Virus record (IMG/VR): IMGVR_UViG_3300044670_001838 | Span: 1 to 43,690 of that record | Length of the DNA: 43,690 nucleotides | From: a virus | Taxonomy: Duplodnaviria; Caudoviricetes | Direction: 5' to 3' (one strand) | Shown: piece by piece, positions 26,085 to 35,891 of the stretch | Numbering within the stretch: the first letter of the stretch is position 1 | How the letters are laid out: each line of letters starts with the position of its first letter | The notes under the pieces: generated by a model | Database searches by the model: none | What the model saw: the letters and a program-made list of their open reading frames with translations, nothing else | Told to the model about the DNA's origin: nothing | Made by a program: the position numbers and the translations under genes

Positions 26085-26831
26085 TTATATCATCCCATTG
26101 TAGTTGAGTGTCGCACCCGGCACAGCGCCGTAGGCACCGCCAGGTTTCAGCACCGGCATTGCAGAGCCCTGAATTGCTCGACCACCAGAGACTCCACCTG
26201 GTCCACCGAGGTCGCGTCCCCCCATTGCGCCCATGGCGCCCATAGCCGCGGTGCCCGCGCCGCCGGTCATGGCGCCGACTCCGATGGCGGCCATTTTCAT
26301 GGGAATCGCGTACATGGCCGCTGCGTCCTGGGCATGCCTGTTGGCTAGCCCCATCTGAAACTGACTAGCATCTTGGAGGCCGTTGTAGCCAAACTGTTGT
26401 TCCTGTCTTCCCATTGCAGCCGCCTGTATCCGGCGAGCCCAGTTCATGGCTTCAGCGTCCCTGCGACCGCGAGTCCTGGCGCCAGCCTCCGCGGCGGCCC
26501 GGGTGAGATTGATATTCCTTAGGACGTCCATGTAACGCGAGGAGGACGGGTCTATCCCGTATCGCGATGACTGTCGGCGCATGCTGTCTTCCGCTTGGCC
26601 ATAGGCCCGGGTGACATCTGCCGCGGCTCGGTCAGCATAAAGCGATGGCAGCGCCCCGCTGCTGGCCTGTCCAGCTAGCTGCCTGAGAATCGGGCGGATG
26701 TCTTTTTTGAAGAAAAGGCGCGACTCGTCCGCCATCTCCTTCGCAATCATCGCGGTAGTCTCAGATGCGCGCCGAGACTCTCTTGCCTTCTTCGCTGACT
26801 TCTTCCCCTTAAAGATGGCGGCGATAGCCAT
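26085..26831 (-). CDS. Internal virion (pilot/ejection) protein
   Basis: RAAADVTRAYGQA...RYGIDPSSSRY...AAAEAGA motif and Gly/Ala/Met-rich hydrophobic C-terminus. Confidence 0.7.
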   Translation of the reverse strand: MAIAAIFKGKKSAKKARESRRASETTAMIAKEMADESRLFFKKDIRPILRQLAGQASSGALPSLYADRAAADVTRAYGQAEDSMRRQSSRYGIDPSSSRYMDVLRNINLTRAAAEAGARTRGRRDAEAMNWARRIQAAAMGRQEQQFGYNGLQDASQFQMGLANRHAQDAAAMYAIPMKMAAIGVGAMTGGAGTAAMGAMGAMGGRDLGGPGGVSGGRAIQGSAMPVLKPGGAYGAVPGATLNYNGMI

Positions 26832-27310
26832 TATTCTAGCCTCGTTATAAAGTTTTGTTCAAAGGGGATGAACCCCTCACGTTCAAGAACCCTTGGCGAT
26901 GCCGCGGGCGTAGTAGCCATAAGAGCCACTGTCATCATTTCGCAGCGCCGTGCAGCAGCCTTCTTCAGGGACCGCAGAATGCGAATGCCTAGATCCCCCT
27001 TGCGGTGCTCGGGATGAAGGAACCACGAGTCGGCTATAAATATTGTCTGATCAGGCGACACCCAATTCTCGGAATGGGACCCGGATGCGCAACCTACCAC
27101 TAGGCTTCCGCGCTTGGCGACCACTGCGACAAAGTCGTCTTCATGAGAAAGGCCACCCGCGAAGTACGACTCAGTGTACTCAAGGTCAAATCGGATGCCA
27201 AGCGGCGCCAGTAATTCTTCATGGCACACTTGGGCGAGGCGGGCGATGCTCGGTGCGTCTCCCGGGCGGGCGTGGCTTATCACCACAGTGGCTGGAGGGT
27301 TGGCGCTCAT
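26831..27310 (-). CDS. GNAT-family acetyltransferase-like protein
   Basis: VVGCASG, WFLHPEHRKGDLGIRIL (acetyl-CoA motif A) and LEREGF; position equivalent to the GNAT-like gene between tail and internal proteins in podoviruses. Confidence 0.8.
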   Translation of the reverse strand: MSANPPATVVISHARPGDAPSIARLAQVCHEELLAPLGIRFDLEYTESYFAGGLSHEDDFVAVVAKRGSLVVGCASGSHSENWVSPDQTIFIADSWFLHPEHRKGDLGIRILRSLKKAAARRCEMMTVALMATTPAASPRVLEREGFIPFEQNFITRLE

Positions 27311-27924
27311 ATGTAGTCGAATGTCCCCTGCTGTGATTCAATTGCCCACTCACCGGCAATATGGCATGTGAGCCGCATCATTGCGCGCGACGACTTGAAA
27401 CGCAGCTGCGGGTTCGTTCGGGTGGAGGAGACAGTCGCAATGCCCCACATAGTATCGCCAGCGGACACGCGGACACGGAGATGATATGCATCCGTCCCTG
27501 CCTGTTTGCCCCGGATAAAAAGAAAGGTCATGCCTGGAGTCGCAGGGGGAAGTGTCAAGACAATGCGGCCAGGTGCATCCGCATTGTGATGGATTGAGCC
27601 AGCGTCGTTCGCGGAGATGTCGTAATCCTCCGTGTGGGAGAACACCCGGGGCAGTGACGCGCCCCCGCTTGACTTCGACTCGAGCCACTGCTGAAACTTG
27701 TCATCGGCGCTCTCTTGGGATGACTCAGTGCGCGTGAGTACTCCTTTGCTAGCTGTATCGTACCCGCCCGCTGACACCAGGTCCTTTACCGTAACTGCAC
27801 GGGAGGTGGCTCCAGGGCGCCCACGCTGGCCTGAGAGCGTCTCTACGTTCTCCACCAGTGCTGCGATAACTGCCCGAGCTTGCGGGTCAGTGATATTTGA
27901 GTATGAGGGGATGGTGCGCATCAC
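27307..27924 (-). CDS. Tail-associated adaptor/short fibre protein
   Basis: N-terminal ALVENVETLSGQRG...RAVTVKDLV resembles podophage fibre anchors; C-terminal VLTLPPATPGMTFLFIR knob domain. Confidence 0.6.
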   Translation of the reverse strand: MMRTIPSYSNITDPQARAVIAALVENVETLSGQRGRPGATSRAVTVKDLVSAGGYDTASKGVLTRTESSQESADDKFQQWLESKSSGGASLPRVFSHTEDYDISANDAGSIHHNADAPGRIVLTLPPATPGMTFLFIRGKQAGTDAYHLRVRVSAGDTMWGIATVSSTRTNPQLRFKSSRAMMRLTCHIAGEWAIESQQGTFDYI

Positions 27925-29804
27925 AGGTCCCTCATGCTGGTGGACAGTAAGATCTCTTGCACGTCTGCATTAACGGTTACCTCTGCCTGCCAGTACCGGC
28001 CGCGCTCAAGGGCGGGGAGTCGGAATGCCGAGTTGTCAGCGACCGAGATGTCAGCGACCTCGGATCCATCGCGATAGATCTTCAAGGTGGCGGGATAGGA
28101 AGACGCAACGACTCGACCAACCCCCATGGTGCTGTCCCGCCCGGATGTGAACTGGCCACTGCGCCACGTTAAGGTCTCATTGTCATCTCCGCCGCGCCAC
28201 TGCTTGATGGTGTCGTCGTCCACAAAATAGAGAACGTCTTCCTCGAGATCTGCAAACAGTGCTTCTGGGGTTGCGCTGAAAGAGGTGATAGCTGACCGGC
28301 CCTCATCAAAGTCGATGGCGATCGCATTGTCGGCGCTGAAACCGTAGTAGATCTGATCATGGACTTCGCCGATCATGTCTTCTGGAGATAGCAGCTTCCA
28401 CTCGTCGCGCAAGTGAGATGTCCGGGTCACGAGATTGGCAACGCCATCGCGCACCATGACAAGGCCGTCGTTACTCGCGTAAAGAACTGCATATCCAATG
28501 TCCGCAACGGACTTCTTGGACACGCACGGCTGGTTGGAGGGAACGCGCGTCAGCACTACCTGCTCCGGGTGCGTACCGGTTGCGTAGTAAGGGAATCCGT
28601 TCGTCATCACAACTACACTGTTGCCGGCGATGCCCAGGGCGACGATATCCCAGTCGACAGATTGCACATAAGCAGTTGGCCAGGCGTGGGGCTGGTCTGG
28701 CTCGCTGAAATAGATATCTCGGCCATCGAAGCCGACCATGAAGCCATTGGGGTGGGCAGCTAGCCCCTTGAGGTCTTCTGGAGGGGGAAAGTAATCCGTA
28801 GTCACCATTATCTCGCCCAGGTCAGCATCCAGGACTGTGTCACGGAATCCTTGGTCGCCAGCATCGAGTTCAGCTACGAACTGGTATGCCTCGCCTGTGT
28901 TGCCCGGATTGACGCGATATAACCGCTTTGACGCAATCTTACGGTTGCCGGAGACGCTCACGTCGAGATCGCCAATGATCGCTGTCTGAGATGGGTTGAC
29001 GTTGGTGACGACTGAAGGTTCTGACGGGGCGCCCTCTTCGCCAAAGATGCTCACGAAGGTGTAGGCATACGCCCGGGCCACTACTGCTTCGGACCCGCTT
29101 GTGTCGTATTTCAAGCTGAACGTCGCCTCGCCACCCTCTATGTTGAGATCCGCAGACGCCTTTGCGCCGTCTTGGAAGAAGGTGTTGCGATTCGAGAACA
29201 GGCTGCCGGAAGGATAAACCACGCCCAAGACATTCTCGTTCTCATCGCGAGCCTCCATCCACATGACGAACTTTGCGTTTGGCGTGGCATCGGCGCGCTG
29301 AGGCAGGGCGACCTTGTAGGTGACGCCGGCCTTTGATGCGCCTACGCCGGATAGCTTGCCGGCGTCTGCCTGCGAGCCGTCCAGTTCTTCGTAAAAGTAG
29401 TTCCACCGGGGAGACCACTCATCGATCGAGGTCTTGTCCTCCACCGTGATACTTGGAGCGGATGCGGGGGCGGGCATGCCAAGGTCGTATTCCTCGGTGC
29501 CATTGCCAATAACCTTGGGCACCCCGTCGCCGGTCGTGTAGATGCGCTTGTACTGGTCGGCAGACACTGTCCCGCGCGCCACGTCGACGTCGGTCGACCA
29601 ATGCAGCCAGGCGCTAAACTCATTGTTGAGGTAGATGGTCTCAGTCCCAGACGGGACAGTCTCAATGTCCTTCGGCTCCTTGATCGCGCGCAGGTCGCCC
29701 GTGAGAAGATCGCAGTCCACCGCAACAGATGCTTGGCGTTCACCAAGCAGCCTCTCTGCGATGCGAGGGCGCTTCCCCTCAAAGACGTCGATCTTGATCT
29801 TCAT
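27921..29804 (-). CDS. Tail nozzle / DNA stabilisation protein (tubular protein B-like)
   Basis: FEGKRPRIAERLL, YAYTFVSIFGEEGAPS, KRLYR, FSEPDQPHAWP, PCVSKKS and YASNDGLV beta-propeller-type motifs. Confidence 0.8.
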   Translation of the reverse strand: MKIKIDVFEGKRPRIAERLLGERQASVAVDCDLLTGDLRAIKEPKDIETVPSGTETIYLNNEFSAWLHWSTDVDVARGTVSADQYKRIYTTGDGVPKVIGNGTEEYDLGMPAPASAPSITVEDKTSIDEWSPRWNYFYEELDGSQADAGKLSGVGASKAGVTYKVALPQRADATPNAKFVMWMEARDENENVLGVVYPSGSLFSNRNTFFQDGAKASADLNIEGGEATFSLKYDTSGSEAVVARAYAYTFVSIFGEEGAPSEPSVVTNVNPSQTAIIGDLDVSVSGNRKIASKRLYRVNPGNTGEAYQFVAELDAGDQGFRDTVLDADLGEIMVTTDYFPPPEDLKGLAAHPNGFMVGFDGRDIYFSEPDQPHAWPTAYVQSVDWDIVALGIAGNSVVVMTNGFPYYATGTHPEQVVLTRVPSNQPCVSKKSVADIGYAVLYASNDGLVMVRDGVANLVTRTSHLRDEWKLLSPEDMIGEVHDQIYYGFSADNAIAIDFDEGRSAITSFSATPEALFADLEEDVLYFVDDDTIKQWRGGDDNETLTWRSGQFTSGRDSTMGVGRVVASSYPATLKIYRDGSEVADISVADNSAFRLPALERGRYWQAEVTVNADVQEILLSTSMRDL

Positions 29805-29809
29805 GGTGA

Positions 29810-30172
29810 CTAGGCGTCCAGAACTTTGATTAGCAGGTCAGATGAACCAGAAAGGGCAATGGCATACAGGGTGATGCCAGCAACCAAGGGGCCGCCACAT
29901 TCCTTGCCTGGCTCGAGCTCAAAGAGATAGTTGCCAGTGTTCATCCCGATTTTGACATTGTTGGTTGCCCCGACGTTGCGAGCATAGAAATGCTTCGGGC
30001 TCGTAATGTCAGCAGGTATCACGATTGTCTCCTCAGACGTGCCAATCGTTTGGACCGTCTTGTGCAATCGGGCATTAGACTGGTTATGGGTCTGCTCAAC
30101 CGCAGTCATATCGTCCACAAGGTTCCCGCTGGTCACCGCCAGCTTGAAGGTCGTTGAGATCTCGTTGGCCAT
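29810..30172 (-). CDS. Small beta-rich putative virion protein
   Basis: YARNVGATNNVKIG...ELEPGKE...TLYAIA pattern; in the tail gene block. Confidence 0.6.
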   Translation of the reverse strand: MANEISTTFKLAVTSGNLVDDMTAVEQTHNQSNARLHKTVQTIGTSEETIVIPADITSPKHFYARNVGATNNVKIGMNTGNYLFELEPGKECGGPLVAGITLYAIALSGSSDLLIKVLDA

Positions 30173-30176
30173 GGTC

Positions 30177-32981
30177 TTACTCGCTTACGATGTAGGTGAG
30201 GTGGAGGATGAGCTTACCGTCATCTAGGGGTTGGACGGTCACATCTACTTGGACGTCCCGATCGCCAGTGGTCTTCTCTGAGAACTTCGCAGTACTCCCG
30301 TCATCTTGTATCCCGTCGCGATTGCCTGCGTCCCAATCAGTGCCAGACACAATCGTCGTCGCAGCCTTGATGCCATCAACATCATCCGTTTCAATGCCGA
30401 TTGCCAACGCCGCCAAGTCCGTGCCGCCAGTAGTCGAGGTGAAGGTCTCTATGACCTCATACCATGACCGTGTTACGATGCAATTATCGGGGAGGCGGCC
30501 AATGGCGTAGGTGCCGAGTGCCTTGCCGTCAGTGGCATCAAACTCGAAGCTGACATGGTTCTCGTTGCTCAGGGCATTGTTCGAGATAGCCTCCTCGGTG
30601 ATGCGCCAGAACTGAACCTGCGTGTATATCTCCGGGGACTCATTGTCATTGCTCAGAGTGCTAAGGGGGGCGATGCCCGTGCCCGCGTTTACCCAGTGTT
30701 CAATTTTGAACGTCGTGGAGACAGAGATGGCTACGGCGCCCACAATGGTCGACCAAGTAGTGCTGTTGCCCTTGAGGTCTGGATGGACGTCATCGCCATA
30801 CGAAAACTCGCTACTGCCGGCTTGCACAAGCTTTGAATTGGTCACGTCATAGAGACGGGCTTGGTGCATGCTCACATTGTAAGCGGGCACGCGGATGAAG
30901 AATCGATACGTGCCGGGCGCCAGCGTGAACTGCCCCGTCGACGTATCGAGGTTCGCATAGCCGCCAGTGTCTGCGTCCTTCTTCGTCAGGTCGCGAGTAG
31001 TCCACGATCCGGCAGACAAGGACTGAGAATCCGCACGATTAGCCTTTTCGTCCACCATGTACAGATACGACTCTTGGACGCCGCCAAGGATGTTGCCAGT
31101 GATCTTCGTGTTGGTGGTGTCAGAGTGGAAGTCGTTCTCGGCGTAGTTGCCCTGCAGGTTGCAACCCACGATCGCAATGTTCTTCGCAGCGCCCGTAGTC
31201 TCAACAGCAGCGCTTGAGGTGCTCGTATACCCCGTGATGCGAACGCCAGTCACGGTGACTCCATCAACGGCCCCTGTCATGGAAATTCCAGAGTTGCTAT
31301 TGTTGGCGGCCTTGATGGAGCCTCCGGTGATACTGGTGTTGGTCGCAATGTTCAAAAGCATGCCGTCGGCAGTTGCCGTGTCGACATTGATATTGGACAT
31401 GCTCACGTAGTCAGACGAGTTCAGGTAGATGCCGCTGCCAGATGGGGTGACCACGTTCACGTTGGACAGGGCATTGTGCTCGCCCCCGTGGATGCTGACC
31501 CCGTGCTGTCCGGCGCTCTTGATGGTGACGTCGCTAATGACGCAGTTCTCGCAATCCTCAAGAACAAGGCCGTCCTTCTCTGCGTCAACGACATGAACAC
31601 TCGTAATGCGGGCACGGTCGCAGTCGTCCAGGTACACACCAGCATGGTAGCTGCCGGCGGAGTAGGTGGTGTTGTCCGGGGCGTCGATCTTCACGTTGTG
31701 GATGACCAAGTCATCGGCACCGCTACCAAAGATGCCAGAGTAGTCATCGGACGGCGCGGTCACGTTTGAGATGTCAATGCTAAGGTTTCGAATTACCACA
31801 TCATCGGCGGTCACATGAAATGCCGACAAGCCGGATGCGGGAGTGCCCAAGAGGGTGATGACGCCACCCTCAATGGTGAGCGACTTCGTGACATCGATAT
31901 CTTCGTCAATCGAATAGACGCGTCCATGCTGGAAGGATAGCAACCCACCGGCGGGGAGAAACGCAATGGCATCCTCAATGGCGGCCCGACTGTCGGTGGT
32001 TGAAAAGAACTGCTTGAACCACTCAGGGTAGGCTACGGTGGAGTTATAATCCCCCGTGAACGTGCCACTTCCGCTGGCACGGCTAAAGATTTGGTGGCGC
32101 CCGGCATCGATGTGGCAATAAGCCGTGAGGGTAATACTCCCCACTGTGCCAATCATAGCGCCTGGCAGGAACTTCGCTTGCTGATGCGGGTTGGCGGCCG
32201 ATCCAAGATATGTGCCACTGGCGACCCGGTATACCCCGTTAGTGAACAGGACAGTGCCGCCAGTCGCGGGGATTGACGCATATGCATCGGCAATCGGGGT
32301 GGCGCAGTCGGTGCTGTCATCACCATAGCCGCCCCACCATTCAACGAGGACGGGGTTATGTTGGGTTATGCTGACGCTGCCGTCACCTGTGAAGATCTTG
32401 TCGTAACCGGCGCGGATGCGACCCTCAATCGTCACAGTGATGCCAGTAGTAGGACTGAGCATGGCGCCATCTTCAAAGACCAGGGTCACATCGCGGGGAA
32501 TCGTATAGTTCGTTGTGAACGTGTACGTGCCTGCTGCAAGGTGAATGAGCACCCCTCCGCCCCCGGCATCGTCAACCAAGTCCGCAATCGAGTTCTCCTT
32601 AGTGTCGTCTTGGTGGTCCGAGACACTGGCGTCGGCAAAGTCAATCTTGTCAATCTCTGTTGACAGCTCGGAGTAGAGGTCATCAAGGAGCGCAGAAACC
32701 ACCAGCAACTCGACCTTATCGCCAACTGCAAACGCAAGGGCAGTGGTGCTGTCCTGGGCACGGGTGACAGTGAGCTCAAGGGTCGACAGGCTGGTAACCT
32801 TGACGATCTCCTTGGCGTTGTCGCTGGCTCGCGTGATGGTCAGGTAATAGTACTCACTCCCCGTAATGGTCGGGAGTCCTGAAACGCTGCGCACATCAAT
32901 GGTAGAAGCGCCAGTGGCCACAGTGGCAGACAGTGTGGTCTTAAAGTAGTTGCTGTATTTGACTAGGCTTTGAACGGCCAT
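30177..32981 (-). CDS. Tailspike with right-handed beta-helix (possible polysaccharide depolymerase)
   Basis: N-terminal anchor EIVKVT...LTVTRAQDSTTALAF; WWGGYGDDSTD-type helix caps; repeated GVYLDDCDRARITS / GLVLEDCENCVISD / GIYLNSSDYVSMSN rungs; two extra C-terminal domains. Confidence 0.8.
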   Translation of the reverse strand: MAVQSLVKYSNYFKTTLSATVATGASTIDVRSVSGLPTITGSEYYYLTITRASDNAKEIVKVTSLSTLELTVTRAQDSTTALAFAVGDKVELLVVSALLDDLYSELSTEIDKIDFADASVSDHQDDTKENSIADLVDDAGGGGVLIHLAAGTYTFTTNYTIPRDVTLVFEDGAMLSPTTGITVTIEGRIRAGYDKIFTGDGSVSITQHNPVLVEWWGGYGDDSTDCATPIADAYASIPATGGTVLFTNGVYRVASGTYLGSAANPHQQAKFLPGAMIGTVGSITLTAYCHIDAGRHQIFSRASGSGTFTGDYNSTVAYPEWFKQFFSTTDSRAAIEDAIAFLPAGGLLSFQHGRVYSIDEDIDVTKSLTIEGGVITLLGTPASGLSAFHVTADDVVIRNLSIDISNVTAPSDDYSGIFGSGADDLVIHNVKIDAPDNTTYSAGSYHAGVYLDDCDRARITSVHVVDAEKDGLVLEDCENCVISDVTIKSAGQHGVSIHGGEHNALSNVNVVTPSGSGIYLNSSDYVSMSNINVDTATADGMLLNIATNTSITGGSIKAANNSNSGISMTGAVDGVTVTGVRITGYTSTSSAAVETTGAAKNIAIVGCNLQGNYAENDFHSDTTNTKITGNILGGVQESYLYMVDEKANRADSQSLSAGSWTTRDLTKKDADTGGYANLDTSTGQFTLAPGTYRFFIRVPAYNVSMHQARLYDVTNSKLVQAGSSEFSYGDDVHPDLKGNSTTWSTIVGAVAISVSTTFKIEHWVNAGTGIAPLSTLSNDNESPEIYTQVQFWRITEEAISNNALSNENHVSFEFDATDGKALGTYAIGRLPDNCIVTRSWYEVIETFTSTTGGTDLAALAIGIETDDVDGIKAATTIVSGTDWDAGNRDGIQDDGSTAKFSEKTTGDRDVQVDVTVQPLDDGKLILHLTYIVSE

Positions 32982-32993
32982 TGGTAGATCTCG

Positions 32994-33812
32994 CTATGGG
33001 GTGTTGGTCGTAAAGATCGGGCCGAGCCCTGTGAAGTGCAGCTTTTGCACATTGTCTCGAAGCGGGGTGGCCGTGACTTCTGAAGTCGATCGGAGACCGT
33101 GATTAGGTATTGCATCCCCCATGCGCCACCAGTGAACAAGCGCCGTGGACGAATGCTCGAACAGGTTGCCTGGGGTCCCGCTATTGTAGAGCTCAGCCAC
33201 CTGAGCCACTGACAGCTCGTCGTTGAACACAGAAAGCTCATCGAAGTGCCCCTGCAGTTCATTGGGCGCCGCATCGTTGGCGAAAGCCAAGGAGTGAGAC
33301 CCCGTATCGAGATTGCCTGTGCCAGATCCTGCAACAAAGGTTGAGCCACCGGAGTTATCAATGAAGATCTCCATGGTCTTGTCAGCATAGTAGACAACGC
33401 ACACATGGTGCCAAGAGTCCAACGTGACCGCCAACTTGCGCTCCAGAGATCCATCGGTTCGGAAAAACTTGGCGTGGATGGTGTCGTCGGAGTTGTCGAA
33501 CCAGCACTCGAAGTATGAGCCGCTGGTCTCAATGATCTGGCAAGACGTTCCTGATAGACTGTCGATGTAGATCCAGAACGAAAACGTCTGATTGGTTGCG
33601 CTCTCAGTCAACCCCGCGGCCGTGGTCATGGTGGTCTGTGCGAAGTTGATAGATCGCTCATTGGCAAAGGTGTCCGCCACCCGTTCGCCGCCACCCATTG
33701 GGTATTCCCCCAAGCGCTGCGACCACCCAAGGGCCTCCCCCACCTTGCGCGCGGCAAGCTGCAGAATCGAAATCACTTTCTGAGAAATGGTCTGGGCGGA
33801 GAGATTAGGCAT
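32994..33812 (-). CDS. LamG/concanavalin-A domain virion protein
   Basis: TFSFWIY, WHHVCVVY, GHFDELSVFNDELSVAQVAELYNSG and HWWRMGD; start moved to ATG 33812 to remove the overlap with the upstream gene. Confidence 0.8.
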   Translation of the reverse strand: MPNLSAQTISQKVISILQLAARKVGEALGWSQRLGEYPMGGGERVADTFANERSINFAQTTMTTAAGLTESATNQTFSFWIYIDSLSGTSCQIIETSGSYFECWFDNSDDTIHAKFFRTDGSLERKLAVTLDSWHHVCVVYYADKTMEIFIDNSGGSTFVAGSGTGNLDTGSHSLAFANDAAPNELQGHFDELSVFNDELSVAQVAELYNSGTPGNLFEHSSTALVHWWRMGDAIPNHGLRSTSEVTATPLRDNVQKLHFTGLGPIFTTNTP

Positions 33813-33813
33813 A

Positions 33814-34197
33814 TCAGGCTGTGATCTTTGGAAGGACTCGAATGGCTTTGGGATAGTCAGTGGTGGTGTCAGTGCTCCCATCATTGACGACGAAATGGAT
33901 GTCAAACTTGTCATCAGTATCATCGCCATCAGGAAGGTTGTCTTCCCAGCTTGCAGGCCAGGGCATCTCGACTTCGCCAATGGTAGCGTCAGTGATCGTG
34001 CAAGACACGGAGAATAGCGTGGTTTCTTCATCGTCCTTCTCATGAATGTAAGCAGTGACCGTAACGCCGGCTGCGGATAGATCCTTGGCTGCGTAGGTGA
34101 CCACCTTGTCACTGTCGATCGTCTTATCGGCCAAGATGGCGACCAAGTTGTTGGTCCGGTCTCCGGCGCGGATAACGGGTATGGCTGGACAACTCAT
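33814..34197 (-). CDS. BppU-like Ig-fold tail adaptor protein
   Basis: IRAGDR...ITDATIGEVEMPW...FDIHFVV...TDYP pattern; ATGA overlap at 34194-34197. Confidence 0.55.
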   Translation of the reverse strand: MSCPAIPVIRAGDRTNNLVAILADKTIDSDKVVTYAAKDLSAAGVTVTAYIHEKDDEETTLFSVSCTITDATIGEVEMPWPASWEDNLPDGDDTDDKFDIHFVVNDGSTDTTTDYPKAIRVLPKITA

Positions 34198-34826
34198 ACG
34201 AAGAAAGCCTCGTTCATGGTGTTGGTTATCTCGCGATCGGTGTAGCCGCGAGCGACCTCGGAGCGCGCCAAGGCAAGGCCGGCGTAGTAGTTGCTCTCGG
34301 CCAGCACCCCACCTGTCAGATCGGTCCAAGGTTTTCTGGCCATCTTTTTCAGTCGGGCCAAGCTTCCATCCGCGATGTAGTCGTAGTACTTCTCGAAGAT
34401 GTTGCATTCCCATTGGTCGGCTGAGCGCTTGGGGCGGAGAACAACTGTGACACGCAGCCCCTTAGATACAGTCTCGGTCGGGGTGGATGCGTATCGAAAG
34501 GTGAGACGGTCATCGCCTACGAGGACCCAATCGCAATCAGTGTCCAGAAGGCGTCCATCAGGAGAGTTGGTGGGGTCGCGGACTTCACGGGCAAACTTGA
34601 CCCGCTCAATCTCAGCACACCCAGAGACCTCGTCAGCGAGGCGCAGCTGGTAGTCACGCTTGTCTGCGCGGATCCGAATAGGGGGAAGCTCATGAACCCA
34701 CGCATGTGTCTGCTCACAGAAGTGGCGAATGCACCGAACAACCTCCTGGTCAATAAGAGGAAGCGGGCAGTTGTTCAGCTGAGAGTGAACGTACTTGCGG
34801 AGTTCGCTGATCTTGGTGAATTCCAT
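34194..34826 (-). CDS. Head-tail adaptor / tail tubular protein A-like
   Basis: CPLPLIDQ...IRHFCEQTHAW...LRPKRSA...IADGSLARLKKM..KPWTD pattern of podophage adaptors. Confidence 0.75.
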   Translation of the reverse strand: MEFTKISELRKYVHSQLNNCPLPLIDQEVVRCIRHFCEQTHAWVHELPPIRIRADKRDYQLRLADEVSGCAEIERVKFAREVRDPTNSPDGRLLDTDCDWVLVGDDRLTFRYASTPTETVSKGLRVTVVLRPKRSADQWECNIFEKYYDYIADGSLARLKKMARKPWTDLTGGVLAESNYYAGLALARSEVARGYTDREITNTMNEAFFV

Positions 34827-35164
34827 TAGGATGCAAGGCCCTCTTGAAAGCGATTACGATGGAACCCGGCGCGCTGCATATTTGCAACATCCTCACTGTC
34901 CACGCTGAAGCACCGATAGGCGACGAAGTCTACAAGCGCGGAGAGGAAGGAGTCACGGGTGTCAAGAGTCTGAGACAACTCAGTGGCGTCTGTCGGGGCA
35001 TCGACAACAACCACCTCGGTCGTATAAACACTGTCCGGGCGCGCCTTGTGGATCTCGCGCTGGCCGTCGTTTATCCAACGAATCAGCTGCGCGGTCGTCC
35101 AGCGTGTACCGCTAGTGTCGATCAGGAGGTCCTGAACGCGACTCTTGACATCCGTGCCAGTCAT
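34826..35164 (-). CDS. Head completion/adaptor protein
   Basis: LLIDT..TRWTTAQLIRWINDGQREI...RPD...ALVDFVAYRCFSVDSE...RAGFH pattern. Confidence 0.75.
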   Translation of the reverse strand: MTGTDVKSRVQDLLIDTSGTRWTTAQLIRWINDGQREIHKARPDSVYTTEVVVVDAPTDATELSQTLDTRDSFLSALVDFVAYRCFSVDSEDVANMQRAGFHRNRFQEGLAS

Positions 35165-35817
35165 TAGGCCGCGGCCTCCGCTTGGACTGCAGTGATAACC
35201 TGCTCAGCGATCTTGGGACCGATGCCCGGGATTTCTTCGAGTTCTTCGGAAGTCACACTGTTCAGTGCTTCAACCGTGGGGAAGCGGGCGACGATACTCT
35301 TGGCGATGCTCTTGGAGCGGCGAGACGTGAGGGTGTCAGCAATGCGAGCCTCGTAGGACTCGATAGTCTTTTCGACGGGGACCGGTGGGGGCACGAATAC
35401 GGGCTCAGGGGAAGCCTCGGGCTCTTCTTCGTCTTCCGGTGCGGCTTCAGTGGCCGTGGCTGCCTGCGACTCTGCAATAAGCTCAGCGTTCTGGCGCTCG
35501 AGGGACAACTTGGCATCGACAAGCTCATCGAACTGCTCTTGGAGCTCTGCCAGGTCTTCGAGTGCTTGGTCGCGTTCGCGGCGGGCCTCATCAAGCTCTT
35601 GCAGGCGAACAGGGGTGGCGTCCTTGACCGTGGTCACGATCTCGTGCTGGACGGGCTTGTACTCACTCCATCCGTCCTTGCGGGCGATGGCGGGGTGGTA
35701 GATCTCAATGTCGCCAGTCTCGCCATGGACGAGGTAGCGTTGATCTGCGTAAAATGTGCGTTCGACTCCCTTTACGGTGCGAACGATCGGCTTGGATTTG
35801 TTGTTGGGCTTGGGCAT
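35164..35817 (-). CDS. Coiled-coil plus helix-hairpin-helix protein
   Basis: C-terminal EELEEIPGIGPKIAEQV HhH motif; AAAGGA RBS. Confidence 0.75.
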   Translation of the reverse strand: MPKPNNKSKPIVRTVKGVERTFYADQRYLVHGETGDIEIYHPAIARKDGWSEYKPVQHEIVTTVKDATPVRLQELDEARRERDQALEDLAELQEQFDELVDAKLSLERQNAELIAESQAATATEAAPEDEEEPEASPEPVFVPPPVPVEKTIESYEARIADTLTSRRSKSIAKSIVARFPTVEALNSVTSEELEEIPGIGPKIAEQVITAVQAEAAA

Positions 35818-35847
35818 GTCTTGATCCTTTCGTTGTGCGGGGGTGAA

Positions 35848-35882
35848 GGCGACGGCGTGTCGGTTAAGAACACGCCGCCGCC
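35848..35882 (-). terminator. GC-rich hairpin after the capsid/decoration genes (weak terminator or mRNA stabiliser)
   Basis: GGCGACGGCGTGT-N9-ACACGCCGCCGCC, a 13-bp stem with one G-U pair on the minus-strand RNA; only a short U run follows. Confidence 0.55.
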
Positions 35883-35891
35883 AGGGGGAGG

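Noticed and set aside
8180-32981. Diversity-generating retroelement acting on fibre genes
   Set aside because: No reverse transcriptase motif and no template/variable repeat pair with adenine-specific mismatches was seen.
32994-34413. Long overlapping starts given for ORFs 32994..34112 and 33814..34413
   Set aside because: They overlap real upstream genes; ATG 33812 and ATG 34197 give clean, coupled gene boundaries.
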